A stretch of 64,000 bases of DNA, from the NCBI GenBank assembly GCA_028279595.1, contig JANQNK010000020.1:32001-96000 (forward strand), in the 5' to 3' direction. The notes beneath the pieces are model-generated. The model was not told the origin of the DNA. It was given only the letters and a program-made list of their open reading frames with translations, and ran no database searches. Each line of letters opens with the position of its first letter. Within the stretch, counting starts at the first letter, position 1. The position numbers and the translations under genes were made by a program. This document shows positions 9,466-19,024 of the stretch, one piece after another. This DNA is from Thermoplasmatota archaeon. GTDB taxonomy: Archaea > Thermoplasmatota > JAKEGO01.

Positions 9466-10650
9466 ATGTATCTTACCAATGAACAGGAGGCGATGCTGAA
9501 CGGAGAGGACGGACCGGTGCTGGAGCGCATGTTCCGGCTTCTCGTCCGTCTCGGGGACATCTACGGAGCAGAGAGAATGATCCCTGTCGGTTCCGTGCAG
9601 GTCGCCGGAGTGTCGTTCAAGTCGATCGGACTTCCGGGAACCGATTTCCTCGAGGACATCGCGTCGAAGGGGGAGAAGGTCAAGGTGTTGACCTACCTCA
9701 ATCCAGCGGGCATGGACATCGAGGACTGGAAGGAACTAGGGTTCCCGGAGGAGTTCGCACAGAACCAGATGAGGATCATGGATGCGTTCCGCGAGATGGG
9801 CATCGTGGTCACGTCGACGTGCACGCCCTACCTGGCAGGGAACCTGCCCAGGTTCAGGGAGCATATCGCATGGTCCGAATCCTCGGCAGTGTCGTTCTCG
9901 AACTCTGTGATAGGTGCCCGGACGAACAGGGAGGGCGGTCCGTCCGCCCTCGCTGCAGCGCTTTGCGGGGTGACACCGGATTACGGGCTGCACAGGGACG
10001 AGAACAGGGCTCCGACAGTGGTGATCGACCTCGAGGCCGAACTGAAGTCGAATGCGAACTTCGGCGCCCTCGGATACCACGTCGGCAAGCTGGTCAAGAA
10101 CAAGATCCCCTACTTCAGGGGCATGGAGAACGCGAACACCGACCAGCTCAAGGCCCTAGGCGCGGCGATGGCAGCTTCGGGCGCGGTCGCCCTCTACTAC
10201 GTGGAGGACCTGACCCCCGAGGCGAACCAGCAGGACATCTCTGGATTGGAGACCTTCTCGGTGACGGATTCCGAGATCAAGGAGACCTATGCGACCCTGA
10301 GGACCGGGGAGGAGCCGGACATCGTGTTCCTCGGCTGCCCCCACGCTTCCCTAAGGGAGATCGCCGATGTTGCCGCACAGGTCGAGGGTAAGACCCTTAG
10401 AAAGCCTGTCTGGATAGCGACATCCCGCGTCATGAAGGAGGCTGCTATCAGGATGGGCTTCGACAAGACCATCGAGGCTGCTGGCGGAAGGATCGTCGCC
10501 GATACGTGCATGGTCGTCTCGCCCCTCGAGCAGATGGGCTACGGGACCACCGCTGTCAACTCCGGAAAGGCAGCGAACTACCTTCCTGGATTCTGCAAGC
10601 AGAAGGTCGTGTTCGCGGACATCGCGGACCTCGTCATGGAGGTGGAATGA
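9466..10650 (+). CDS. Aconitase X large subunit (phosphomevalonate dehydratase large subunit)
   Basis: MYLT.EQE.ML.GE.G, TCTPY, AWSESSAV, GARTNRE, LGCPH, DTCMVVSP, NSGKAA.Y; TATA-like ATATATAA at ~9410. Confidence 0.93.
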   Translation: MYLTNEQEAMLNGEDGPVLERMFRLLVRLGDIYGAERMIPVGSVQVAGVSFKSIGLPGTDFLEDIASKGEKVKVLTYLNPAGMDIEDWKELGFPEEFAQNQMRIMDAFREMGIVVTSTCTPYLAGNLPRFREHIAWSESSAVSFSNSVIGARTNREGGPSALAAALCGVTPDYGLHRDENRAPTVVIDLEAELKSNANFGALGYHVGKLVKNKIPYFRGMENANTDQLKALGAAMAASGAVALYYVEDLTPEANQQDISGLETFSVTDSEIKETYATLRTGEEPDIVFLGCPHASLREIADVAAQVEGKTLRKPVWIATSRVMKEAAIRMGFDKTIEAAGGRIVADTCMVVSPLEQMGYGTTAVNSGKAANYLPGFCKQKVVFADIADLVMEVE

Positions 10651-11033
10651 TGGAAGGAAGGAGCATCAGTCCGGGCAAGGCCGAGGGAGAGGCCATCGTC
10701 TCGACCGAGCCGATCGGGTTCTACGGAGGAATCGACGCCCAGACCGGGATAGTCATAGAGCAGGGACATCCCCTCGAGGGCGAGAGCGTCACCGGAAAGG
10801 TCCTGGTATTCCCGAACGGAAAGGGCTCGACGGTCGGGTCCTACGTCATCTACGGACTCGAGAAGAACGGTGTTGGTCCCGTGGCTATCGTCAACCAGGA
10901 GACCGAGACCATCGTCGCCACAGGTGCGATCCTCGCTGGTGTGCCATGCGTGGACGGCATCGACATCTCGACCATCAATACAGGCGACAAGCTTATTGTA
11001 GACGCCGACAACGGGACCGTCGAGGTCGCATGA
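10647..11033 (+). CDS. Aconitase X small/swivel subunit (DUF126; PMDh-S)
   Basis: G.AEGEA.VS..PIGFYGG.D..TG, GKGSTVGSY; ATGA overlap with the large subunit. Confidence 0.93.
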   Translation: MMEGRSISPGKAEGEAIVSTEPIGFYGGIDAQTGIVIEQGHPLEGESVTGKVLVFPNGKGSTVGSYVIYGLEKNGVGPVAIVNQETETIVATGAILAGVPCVDGIDISTINTGDKLIVDADNGTVEVA

Positions 11034-11587
11034 AGGACAGGATAATCGTCGGGATATCGGGCGCTTCCGCCCAGATGCTGGCCGTAGAGACTCTGAAGGC
11101 CTTGAAGGACACAGGCATCGAGATTCACCTCATCGCCACTGACACCGCGAAGGACATCATCGAGAAGGAGACGGAGTACTCCTGGGACTTCGTGGCCGAC
11201 CTGGCCGACGTCGTCCATTCCGACGATGATATGTTCGCATCGGTCGCCTCCGGTTCTTACCGGACCCTTGGAATGATAGTCGTCCCATGCAGCATGGCGA
11301 CCCTTGCTGAGATTGCGAACGGATTGGCGACCACACTTCTGACGAGAGCCGCGGACGTGACCCTGAAGGAGAGAAGGAAGTTAGTCCTCGTGACCAGGGA
11401 GACGCCGTTGAGCTACATCCATATCAAGAACATGTCGACCGTGACGAAGGCCGGCGGAGTGATCCTCCCGCCCATGTTCACCATGTACTCGAAACCGGGT
11501 TCGATAGAGGACATGGCCCGTCACATAGTCGGCAAGGTGCTGGACCAGTTCGACCTAGAACACGATCTCTACAGGCGATGGGAATGA
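11030..11587 (+). CDS. ubiX: UbiX flavin prenyltransferase
   Basis: IVGISGAS, ASGS, VPCSMATLA.IA.G, RAADVTLKERRKLVLV.RETP. Confidence 0.95.
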   Translation: MKDRIIVGISGASAQMLAVETLKALKDTGIEIHLIATDTAKDIIEKETEYSWDFVADLADVVHSDDDMFASVASGSYRTLGMIVVPCSMATLAEIANGLATTLLTRAADVTLKERRKLVLVTRETPLSYIHIKNMSTVTKAGGVILPPMFTMYSKPGSIEDMARHIVGKVLDQFDLEHDLYRRWE

Positions 11588-11898
11588 CCATCGAGATGAA
11601 CAGCAGCAGTCTGGAAGCACGCGTCATCAAATTGATCAGAGAGAAGTACCCGATAACGATGAAGCAGATGGCCAAGGAGCTTCACGTCTCGGACATGAAG
11701 GTCCGACGGGTGATCGGTCGACTCGCCCTTAGAGGGATCGTCGAGAAGGAGGTCCTTCCCGATGCGACCTACGTCCGATTGATCAGACACGATATCAAGT
11801 TCGTCGGACGGAAGGCGGACCAGATCCGTCCCATCAAGCACACCAGCACCAGGAGGGTCGTCGAGGAGCCTGAAGAGAACCAGAACATCTACCAATAG
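11578..11898 (+). CDS. Small winged helix-turn-helix protein
   Basis: LE.RVIKLI....PITMKQMAKEL.VS...VRR.I.RL..RGIVE; overlaps the end of ubiX. Confidence 0.7.
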   Translation: MGMTIEMNSSSLEARVIKLIREKYPITMKQMAKELHVSDMKVRRVIGRLALRGIVEKEVLPDATYVRLIRHDIKFVGRKADQIRPIKHTSTRRVVEEPEENQNIYQ

Positions 11899-11899
11899 A

Positions 11900-12232
11900 T
11901 CATTTTAAGAAACAAGGACAATCCTTTGACCTCAGGATAACGATCTGTTCATCTGGGGTATTGACATAATCCTCCTGCCTTTCGCTCCCCGTTGCCAACG
12001 CTTGTTCTAGCGGGCTCAGATGCCGATATCCCCTCAGTTCCATCTCCCTAACAAGGTCCTCATGGCGTAGATACAATGCTCTTTCCTTGCCCACCCATCT
12101 GAGGGTCTCTGGATGGTTCCTGTACCCCGTCCTTCCCTTGGTCAGGATCGACCAGATCGCATGGACCTCCCTGTGCTCTCCGAGAAGGTGCTGTCTGCAC
12201 AGGTGAGCCGGTTCGATGTCCCATACCCTCAT
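11900..12232 (-). CDS. Pyrimidine dimer DNA glycosylase / T4 endonuclease V-like protein
   Basis: MRVW.I.P..LCRQHLLGEHRE.H, HPET.RW, RH..L..EM..RGY.H.S. Confidence 0.85.
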   Translation of the reverse strand: MRVWDIEPAHLCRQHLLGEHREVHAIWSILTKGRTGYRNHPETLRWVGKERALYLRHEDLVREMELRGYRHLSPLEQALATGSERQEDYVNTPDEQIVILRSKDCPCFLK

Positions 12233-12318
12233 CGATCCCTCTGTCCGTGGAGCAATGATAAATACATTCCCTAAGACGGGGACCAACGATTAAGTATCCA
12301 CCAACCATACCTGGGTCG

Positions 12319-12957
12319 ATGCAAAGGACCATCAAGAAGGATTGGACCAGGAAGGAGCTCGACAACTACATTAAAGACATGAAGACGACCACCCTGGCGG
12401 CGAACATCACCGTCGAGGGTACCCATAGGGTACTTGACCTGAGTGAGATCGAGGAGATCCTTCGAGGTGCCGAGATCCTTGCCCAGCAGGACTGCTATTG
12501 CCGCGAGAAGATGGGCAACTGCAAGGAGCCCATGGACGGCTGCATCAACATCAACGAGGAAGCCAGGGACATGATCGACAAGGACAAGGGCCGGGAGGTG
12601 TCGGTGGAGGAGGCCCTCGAAGCGTTCGTCCGTACCTATGACGCAGGTTTCGTCTACATGGCGTACGAGTTCGAGAACCAGGACGGGATCGCTGTCATCT
12701 GTTCATGCTGTACCTGCTGCTGTCATTCTCTCTCTGCCGCCCTGAGGTTCGGTTACAGGGACCACGTGTTCAAGTCGAATCTCATCGCCCGTCAGGACAT
12801 CGATAAATGCAATGACTGCGGTCACTGCGTGGAGAGATGTCAGTTCGACGCCCGGGAGATGGTCGAGGGCACGCTGATCTACAACGAGCAGATGTGTTTC
12901 GGCTGCGGTCTGTGCATGACCTGTCCGCAGGACGCCATCACGATGGTCGAGCGCTAG
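12319..12957 (+). CDS. 4Fe-4S binding protein (Cys-rich N-domain plus 2x[4Fe-4S] ferredoxin)
   Basis: CYCR..C...C, ICSCCTCCC, CNDCGHCVERC, CFGCGLC..CP. Confidence 0.85.
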   Translation: MQRTIKKDWTRKELDNYIKDMKTTTLAANITVEGTHRVLDLSEIEEILRGAEILAQQDCYCREKMGNCKEPMDGCININEEARDMIDKDKGREVSVEEALEAFVRTYDAGFVYMAYEFENQDGIAVICSCCTCCCHSLSAALRFGYRDHVFKSNLIARQDIDKCNDCGHCVERCQFDAREMVEGTLIYNEQMCFGCGLCMTCPQDAITMVER

Positions 12958-12962
12958 AGTTC

Positions 12963-14402
12963 TCAGAGAAGTACTGTAAGTCCGTACGCCAACGCTGCCG
13001 TCGGAGCCGAGGCCAGAATTACCGCGATGCCGAGATGCTCAAGCTTCTTGATCCTGGACAGCGAGACGCCGTGAGCGATTATCGCCACGGCGACGAAGGC
13101 CTCGACGAGGGCGGCCGTGGGGAGCTCATGCATGTAAAGAGTGACAGAAAGGACCCCCATGGATGCACCGATCGAGAGCAGGGCCGCACCGTAGAGGATC
13201 CTCCTGATCGGCCAGTTCGAGCGGCTCATGATGATGAGGACAATGCCGACACCGGCGATCAGGAAGGCCACCGGGATGACCCTGGGGTCATCAATGTCGC
13301 TGAGAGCGTAGTAGGGAACGAATATGATAGAGTAGATCCCGGCACCGAGGGAGATCCCCCTCAGTCCTGGGATTCCTATCCCCCAACCCTTCCCGCTTAG
13401 GAGAACCGTCATCACACCGAGGACGAGCCATGCCTCGACGTGCCCTTGCTCCTGACCGGATGCGGGTATCATCGAGGCGATGCCCTGCAGTACGAGCATC
13501 GTCCCCGCGACGGACATCATCATCTCCCTGCTCCTCCTCTCCGGTAGGGCTTTGTAGAAGACGAACAGAGAGAACGCCATCAACGGGACCATTGGGGTGT
13601 CCGGATGCGAGAATCCCCTGATCAGATAAGATAGGTGGACCAACACGATCGCTGCTACAGCCATCGGCATCCATGTGATGCCAGCCCGTCTGCCGAGCTC
13701 CATCGTTCCCGATAGGAACATCAGTCCTGGAATGTAGGCCATGAGAAGTACCAGGGTGTTGTCGACGAGAATGAAGGTTGCGAGGAGCAGTGCGATCCCT
13801 GCCGGCAGGGTGACGGAGATCAATCCCTTCAGGATCTCCTCCTTCTGCGCAGCGATGTCACGCCAATCCATCCTATCACCGTAACCGGACGGTGGAGGTA
13901 CATCCCGGTGAGCATCATCCTCTGGAACTGACTCATCGTTCTCACTGGTATTTTCCTCATCATCGGGGAAATCCGGCTCCGGAGGAGGTACAGGTCGTCC
14001 GATGTCCTCACCGAGTTCCGATAGTTTGATGACCTGCAGGGGGCTGAAACCCGAGTTGACAGCGAAGGAGAACGGCACCTCCGCGCCATCGACAAAGACG
14101 GTGCAGGGGTCCAGGCCGTTCCTCAATTTGGTCGATTCCGACAGTCCGTCGGGTGTCAGGATATAGGACTTCTGGCTCCGGGCCTTGCCACGGATGCGCG
14201 AGAGCGTTACCTCCACGTGTCCCTTGTCGACCATCTTCGAGAGAACGATGGCCACGTAACCTCGCTTGATCGACGTCGCCTCGGCGATGCCGGACTGGGT
14301 GACCTCGGGCGGCCTCTCGTAGTCATCGGCGGACCGTATCCAATCCGAGAGGTGGAGGAGTATCTTCTCCTCGGCCGTCAGTCTCGGCAGTGACATCGGC
14401 AT
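12963..14402 (-). CDS. MarR-like wHTH domain fused to a polytopic membrane domain (~9 TM)
   Basis: TQSGIAEATSIKRGYVA..LSKM..KG.V...Y.LT..G; Pro/acidic linker; hydrophobic C-half; start uncertain (14396/14402 after GTATATAA, or 14579). Confidence 0.72.
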   Translation of the reverse strand: MPMSLPRLTAEEKILLHLSDWIRSADDYERPPEVTQSGIAEATSIKRGYVAIVLSKMVDKGHVEVTLSRIRGKARSQKSYILTPDGLSESTKLRNGLDPCTVFVDGAEVPFSFAVNSGFSPLQVIKLSELGEDIGRPVPPPEPDFPDDEENTSENDESVPEDDAHRDVPPPSGYGDRMDWRDIAAQKEEILKGLISVTLPAGIALLLATFILVDNTLVLLMAYIPGLMFLSGTMELGRRAGITWMPMAVAAIVLVHLSYLIRGFSHPDTPMVPLMAFSLFVFYKALPERRSREMMMSVAGTMLVLQGIASMIPASGQEQGHVEAWLVLGVMTVLLSGKGWGIGIPGLRGISLGAGIYSIIFVPYYALSDIDDPRVIPVAFLIAGVGIVLIIMSRSNWPIRRILYGAALLSIGASMGVLSVTLYMHELPTAALVEAFVAVAIIAHGVSLSRIKKLEHLGIAVILASAPTAALAYGLTVLL

Positions 14403-14593
14403 GTGGTAGCCCGTCAGGTCGTTATATACCTTATCGAAATCCCTTCCACGTCCTTCCCCGGAATATCTGGCCCGGGCTGAGAACCCTTCCGGTATCGTAC
14501 CGCTATGTCCGTGCAACTGCCCGTTGCGGTCCATCGTGGTCCCAGCTCTTTCCATGCCGAGAACGGCCGTTCCCGACATCCTTGATCACTTTC

Positions 14594-17500
14594 CTAGGCC
14601 GATGTTATCGTTATCTCTGGTGATTCCGCCCTCAATCCAGGCTGGTACATGTCGTATACGACCATCGAGGCAATGGTCGAGGTCGCCTCGAGGTCGGCCC
14701 TGATGGTGTACGGGATCTCGATCTCGGACCCCGGACCGATGGGCGTGATGTAGACGAGAACGGTTCCGTCGTCGTCTTCCCAGTTGTCTATATCGCCTTC
14801 CTCGATCATCGTGTCGAGGTCCCATGTCATCTGTTCGAACCCTGCGGGCGTTGGCATCTCGATGAGGATCATCTGGAGCGGGTCGGTTCCGTTGTACGTT
14901 ATCGACACGGTGCCGTTGACTATGTCACCCGTGCTCACGTTGACATCGCTCATGATCAGGTCGATATCGATCGGTAGTATGACCGGTTCGTAGGGCATGT
15001 AGTACGATGATATCAGCTGGAATGCGATCTGTCCGATGCTGGCGGATCCGATCGTAACATCGAACTCGTCGTCAACGTATGGCCTGAGATCGATGTACCG
15101 TGTCACTTCGGCGTTCTCCTCGGTAATTGTCTCCTCGTGGACCAGCGTTCCGTCGATCGACACGGAGACCGCCATCTCCTCGACATCTAGTATCGCCTGT
15201 CTCGCAATGGCCTGGAAAGCCACGACCGTGTCCCTGGTCCCGAAGAACCCTGTGGTCGTCCTGTGATTGAGGAGATACCTCGTCCCTGCCGTCGCATAGA
15301 ATGGTCTAAGGTCGTTAAGCGCCATGACGCAGTAACCGGTGGTCTCGACCACTTGAGGGGTCGAGCTCCAGCGCCAGTAGTAGCGGTCGTCGCTTCCCGA
15401 GTCGATCATCGTGTTGTCGGTTGTCCAGTAGGTCTCGTCACCGTCCACGATGGCCAGCTCCTTGAGCCTGTCCGCGATAGGAGTCGTCTGTGAGTGTCCC
15501 CGTTCCTCCAATACTATCAGGGATAGTGCGAGGGAGTAAGGATCGTCCCATATCTCGCTTAGATGAGAACCGATGTAGGCGACGGCGTCATCGAGTGCCG
15601 TTCCATCGTATCCGGAATAGATCAGGGACCTGGCGACATAAGCCGTCGTCGCAACGGTCTTCGTCTTCAGCACGTCCGGTGTGTACTCGTAAAAGCCCCA
15701 CTCGGGGAACGTGAACGAGCCGTCGGAATGCTGCAACTCCAGTATGAGTGCCTGCATGTCGGTGATGACCTTGTGGTCGACAGCGAATCCCGAGTCTATC
15801 GCGTCCTGGAACGTTATGAGGCCCCATGACGTGAGCCATGGGTGTGGCGCCCTGTCGGATGGGAACCATACGATGCCCCTCCCGGGTCCGTCCGGATTTT
15901 CCATGAGGAAGGTGAGCTCGTGGAGGATGCCCTGAACGACGATCTCCTCGTACTCACGCTTCTTGTCGTCGCCGATGCTGTCGTCGAGCAGCCTGTAGGC
16001 GATGACGTCCATTGCGAGAGTGGACATGCTCTGCTCTCCGCAGCCGCTGACATAGTGGATGTACTCCTCAGCACCGTCCATCGCTACAGCGTTCATCGAG
16101 CCCTGGAGCTTTATGTAGGCCATCTCGCTGCCAGGGACACGAAGCGGGTCCATCTCGATCGTGGTCTCGACGGTCATGTCGTCCTCGAGTATCCCGTTCG
16201 TGACGTTGTCGATCCTCAAACCGGTCGGTTCGACCCTGATCTTCCTGATCACGGAGTCCGAAAGGATGCCGTTCGTCGCATCGAGCCTCACTGAGGCCTC
16301 TCCGACCTCGTCCGCCACAAGGCGGAAGGAGATCGAGTCCACTGAGTTCGCGTCGACGACGACCGTTCCATCGGTTGCCCCGACGATGGTCATTCCCTCC
16401 GCAGATATGTCAAGTGCGATCGTTGACTGCTCATCGAGATAGTTGTAGACGAGAGCCTTCAGTTCGAACTCGTCGCCTAGAAGCGCCCTTACGGGAACGT
16501 CTGGCTCTACGAAGAAGTCCTGGAACACCGTGATCTCGATGTCGTCCGTTCCGATCCAGCCCTCCATGGTGGACGCAACGGTCTCCATGCTCCACGTGGT
16601 GATGGTGTCCGGTGCTGTCAGATCGATCGAGGCCATTCCGTTCTCATCTGTCTCTATCATCGGATTCCAGTACCACGTTTCAGGGAAGTACTTCCGTACG
16701 TGGGTCACGGATTTCCCACCGGCCGATGAGTAATCATCGCCGGATCCGGCCTGGGAACCGTTCCCGGCGCCCAATGCGTTCTCGGGAACACCGCCATCTG
16801 CTATGAAATCCCATTCATCCCAACCACCCCGCCATCCACCATCCTCCTTCTCGAGGAGCTCCCCGGAATCCTCATCCGCGCTGCTTGAGGGTGCGGACAT
16901 GTAGGAACCGATGCTGTCCTCAGAAGTCGGCGTGATGGTCTGGGTCATTATCGCTGCAGGCGGAAGTGCGACAAGAGCGACTGCAAGCATTGCATATGCT
17001 GACGCCGTCCTTGCCTTGCTGACGAGATACATGAATGCGATGACCAGGACGAGCCCTATCGAGAGGATGGCGGGGGCCATGCCCTCTGCCTGGAAGTCGA
17101 GCGCTTCGTTCGTATCGTGGATGTAGGCGCCGATCTGGACCTGTTCCTCTCCGCCCGTCGGCACGTAGCCATCGATGCCAGGGGCGGATTCCTCTCCGTC
17201 CATGTACCTGAAGACCTGGTAGACCTCCTCGTCCTCGTAGAGATCGGATGCCGTCATCCTCTGGGCGAGTTCGAACACCGAGGTATCGATGATCCTGATA
17301 CCGAGCGCTGCCTGGACCGGAAGGTCGTGCCTGTCGACGGAGATATCGACCGAGAGGTCGTCGCCGGGTTTCACCGTCGATGACGACGGTGTCGCTGATA
17401 CGGTCAGCGCATCGGGGTCGATGACCGCGACGAGTGCGCTGGAGGTGGCCGAAGAAAGGTCGTCCGCTATCCTGAGCGCCCTTACCTCGATGCCAGGGGC

Positions 17501-19024
17501 CATCTGCGGCGTGGTGGTGAACGAGAATGAACCGCTGCCCTCGGAAAGGTCGAACGTTCCTGAGCGGACACGGGTGCCAGACGTGAAAACGTCGTAATAC
17601 CCCTTCGTAGAGAGGCCACCGCTCGAAACGACGGAGAACGTTGCTATCTCCCCGACATCGTAAGAGTACATGCCGGGAACGATCTTGATCCCGTCCTTGA
17701 CGCCGTCCAGGTCCAGTACGTATTGCGCGGTCGTGTCGCCGTCGGTGACGTTCACCTCGATGTAACCGCGATGTTCGGGAACGGTGAAGGTTATCGGGGT
17801 CATCCCGAGGCTGTCCGTCTCGAGGTCCCATGAACCAACGACCTCGGGTCTTGGATACCACCAGCCTCTTGACTGATCGTCGTTCGGGTCCTCCCAGTCG
17901 TCGGAGTCGTATTCGAAGAGGTTGGCCTCGACAGATGCTTCCGCAGGTCGACCATCCGGATATGTCACTATCAACCAGTAGGTGGACTCAAGGCCGGCGA
18001 TGTTCCAGTCACCGACCACCGCGAGGGTCAGAGGCGACTGGAAGAACGATGTCGCCAACGTCTTCGTCTCGGTATGGTCCGCCGTGTCAGTTACTGTGAT
18101 GTTGAACAGGAACTGGTCGAATCCGGACCAGTTCGTTCCTGGTGTGAAGTCTACGATAAAGGTCCCGGAGAGTGAATCGCTCTCGAGGGTATTCAGCGAT
18201 GTGGAACCGTAATGGTCGTCGTGGCCGATGATCTCGACCTCGATCTCCCCCTCCACAGGCTGTCCGAACGAATAATCGATGGTCAGATCGAAGGTGATGT
18301 TATCTCCCGGAACGTACCATGCCTTGAGCCCGTCAGCGGCGATGATGAACTTGGGAAGGACGTAGCGGTCCACCTTGAGCGAGGCCTCCTCGAACTCGTC
18401 GCCGACCGTTGCCCGAACGGTGTACTCACCGAGGGGCATCAGGTCCGAGAGAGTGAAATCAAGTGCGGAAATCCCGTATGCGTTGACATCCAGCGTACCC
18501 TTGAAGACCTTGTCGCCCTCGGGTGAGAATATGTCGATCTCCACCGCATCGGTCGATGGCGTCCGTGTCGACCTTTCGAACGTCAGGAACCGCATGTGCA
18601 CGGTCTGGCCCGGTTGATAGATCGGCTTGTCGGTCTGGATGATAATTGAGACCGACCTCGACTCGACGACGCTCAGGGTCCCCGTGAATGAGCGTCCGTC
18701 AACGTTCACGACTATCGTGGCGTTCCCGATGGGCGGGATGAAATCGACGTTGGCGATCCCATCACCGTCGGTCTTGCCAGCGTACTTCTCGATCCCCGTT
18801 TCGGTGATTATCTCCACCAGGACCAGCTCTCCCTCGAGCGGTTCTCCGTCCAGGTCCTGAGCGATCACGGTCACCTTGTCCGACTCGTCGCTGCTGAGTT
18901 CCGACGGCATCATTACCGTCACGTCCGATTCGGAGGACCTGTAGACGTCGTCCAGACTGTCCACGAAAACGGCCGTTCCGACCAGGGCAAGGCAGAATAC
19001 GATGATTATCGTCCATCTCTTCAT
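14594..19024 (-). CDS. Alpha-2-macroglobulin / thioester-containing protein
   Basis: N-terminal signal or anchor; MG2 IQTDKPIYQPGQTV; VRKYFPETWYWNP; APDTITTW; thioester GCGEQ (16031-16045); GFFGTRDTVVAFQAIA; receptor-binding-type M.LIE...PAGF C-domain. Confidence 0.92.
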   Translation of the reverse strand: MKRWTIIIVFCLALVGTAVFVDSLDDVYRSSESDVTVMMPSELSSDESDKVTVIAQDLDGEPLEGELVLVEIITETGIEKYAGKTDGDGIANVDFIPPIGNATIVVNVDGRSFTGTLSVVESRSVSIIIQTDKPIYQPGQTVHMRFLTFERSTRTPSTDAVEIDIFSPEGDKVFKGTLDVNAYGISALDFTLSDLMPLGEYTVRATVGDEFEEASLKVDRYVLPKFIIAADGLKAWYVPGDNITFDLTIDYSFGQPVEGEIEVEIIGHDDHYGSTSLNTLESDSLSGTFIVDFTPGTNWSGFDQFLFNITVTDTADHTETKTLATSFFQSPLTLAVVGDWNIAGLESTYWLIVTYPDGRPAEASVEANLFEYDSDDWEDPNDDQSRGWWYPRPEVVGSWDLETDSLGMTPITFTVPEHRGYIEVNVTDGDTTAQYVLDLDGVKDGIKIVPGMYSYDVGEIATFSVVSSGGLSTKGYYDVFTSGTRVRSGTFDLSEGSGSFSFTTTPQMAPGIEVRALRIADDLSSATSSALVAVIDPDALTVSATPSSSTVKPGDDLSVDISVDRHDLPVQAALGIRIIDTSVFELAQRMTASDLYEDEEVYQVFRYMDGEESAPGIDGYVPTGGEEQVQIGAYIHDTNEALDFQAEGMAPAILSIGLVLVIAFMYLVSKARTASAYAMLAVALVALPPAAIMTQTITPTSEDSIGSYMSAPSSSADEDSGELLEKEDGGWRGGWDEWDFIADGGVPENALGAGNGSQAGSGDDYSSAGGKSVTHVRKYFPETWYWNPMIETDENGMASIDLTAPDTITTWSMETVASTMEGWIGTDDIEITVFQDFFVEPDVPVRALLGDEFELKALVYNYLDEQSTIALDISAEGMTIVGATDGTVVVDANSVDSISFRLVADEVGEASVRLDATNGILSDSVIRKIRVEPTGLRIDNVTNGILEDDMTVETTIEMDPLRVPGSEMAYIKLQGSMNAVAMDGAEEYIHYVSGCGEQSMSTLAMDVIAYRLLDDSIGDDKKREYEEIVVQGILHELTFLMENPDGPGRGIVWFPSDRAPHPWLTSWGLITFQDAIDSGFAVDHKVITDMQALILELQHSDGSFTFPEWGFYEYTPDVLKTKTVATTAYVARSLIYSGYDGTALDDAVAYIGSHLSEIWDDPYSLALSLIVLEERGHSQTTPIADRLKELAIVDGDETYWTTDNTMIDSGSDDRYYWRWSSTPQVVETTGYCVMALNDLRPFYATAGTRYLLNHRTTTGFFGTRDTVVAFQAIARQAILDVEEMAVSVSIDGTLVHEETITEENAEVTRYIDLRPYVDDEFDVTIGSASIGQIAFQLISSYYMPYEPVILPIDIDLIMSDVNVSTGDIVNGTVSITYNGTDPLQMILIEMPTPAGFEQMTWDLDTMIEEGDIDNWEDDDGTVLVYITPIGPGSEIEIPYTIRADLEATSTIASMVVYDMYQPGLRAESPEITITSA

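Noticed and set aside
14560-14600. TAG read-through (pyrrolysine) fusing A2M to the downstream wHTH-membrane gene
   Set aside because: The downstream ORF is in a different frame, and no pyl genes are in the window
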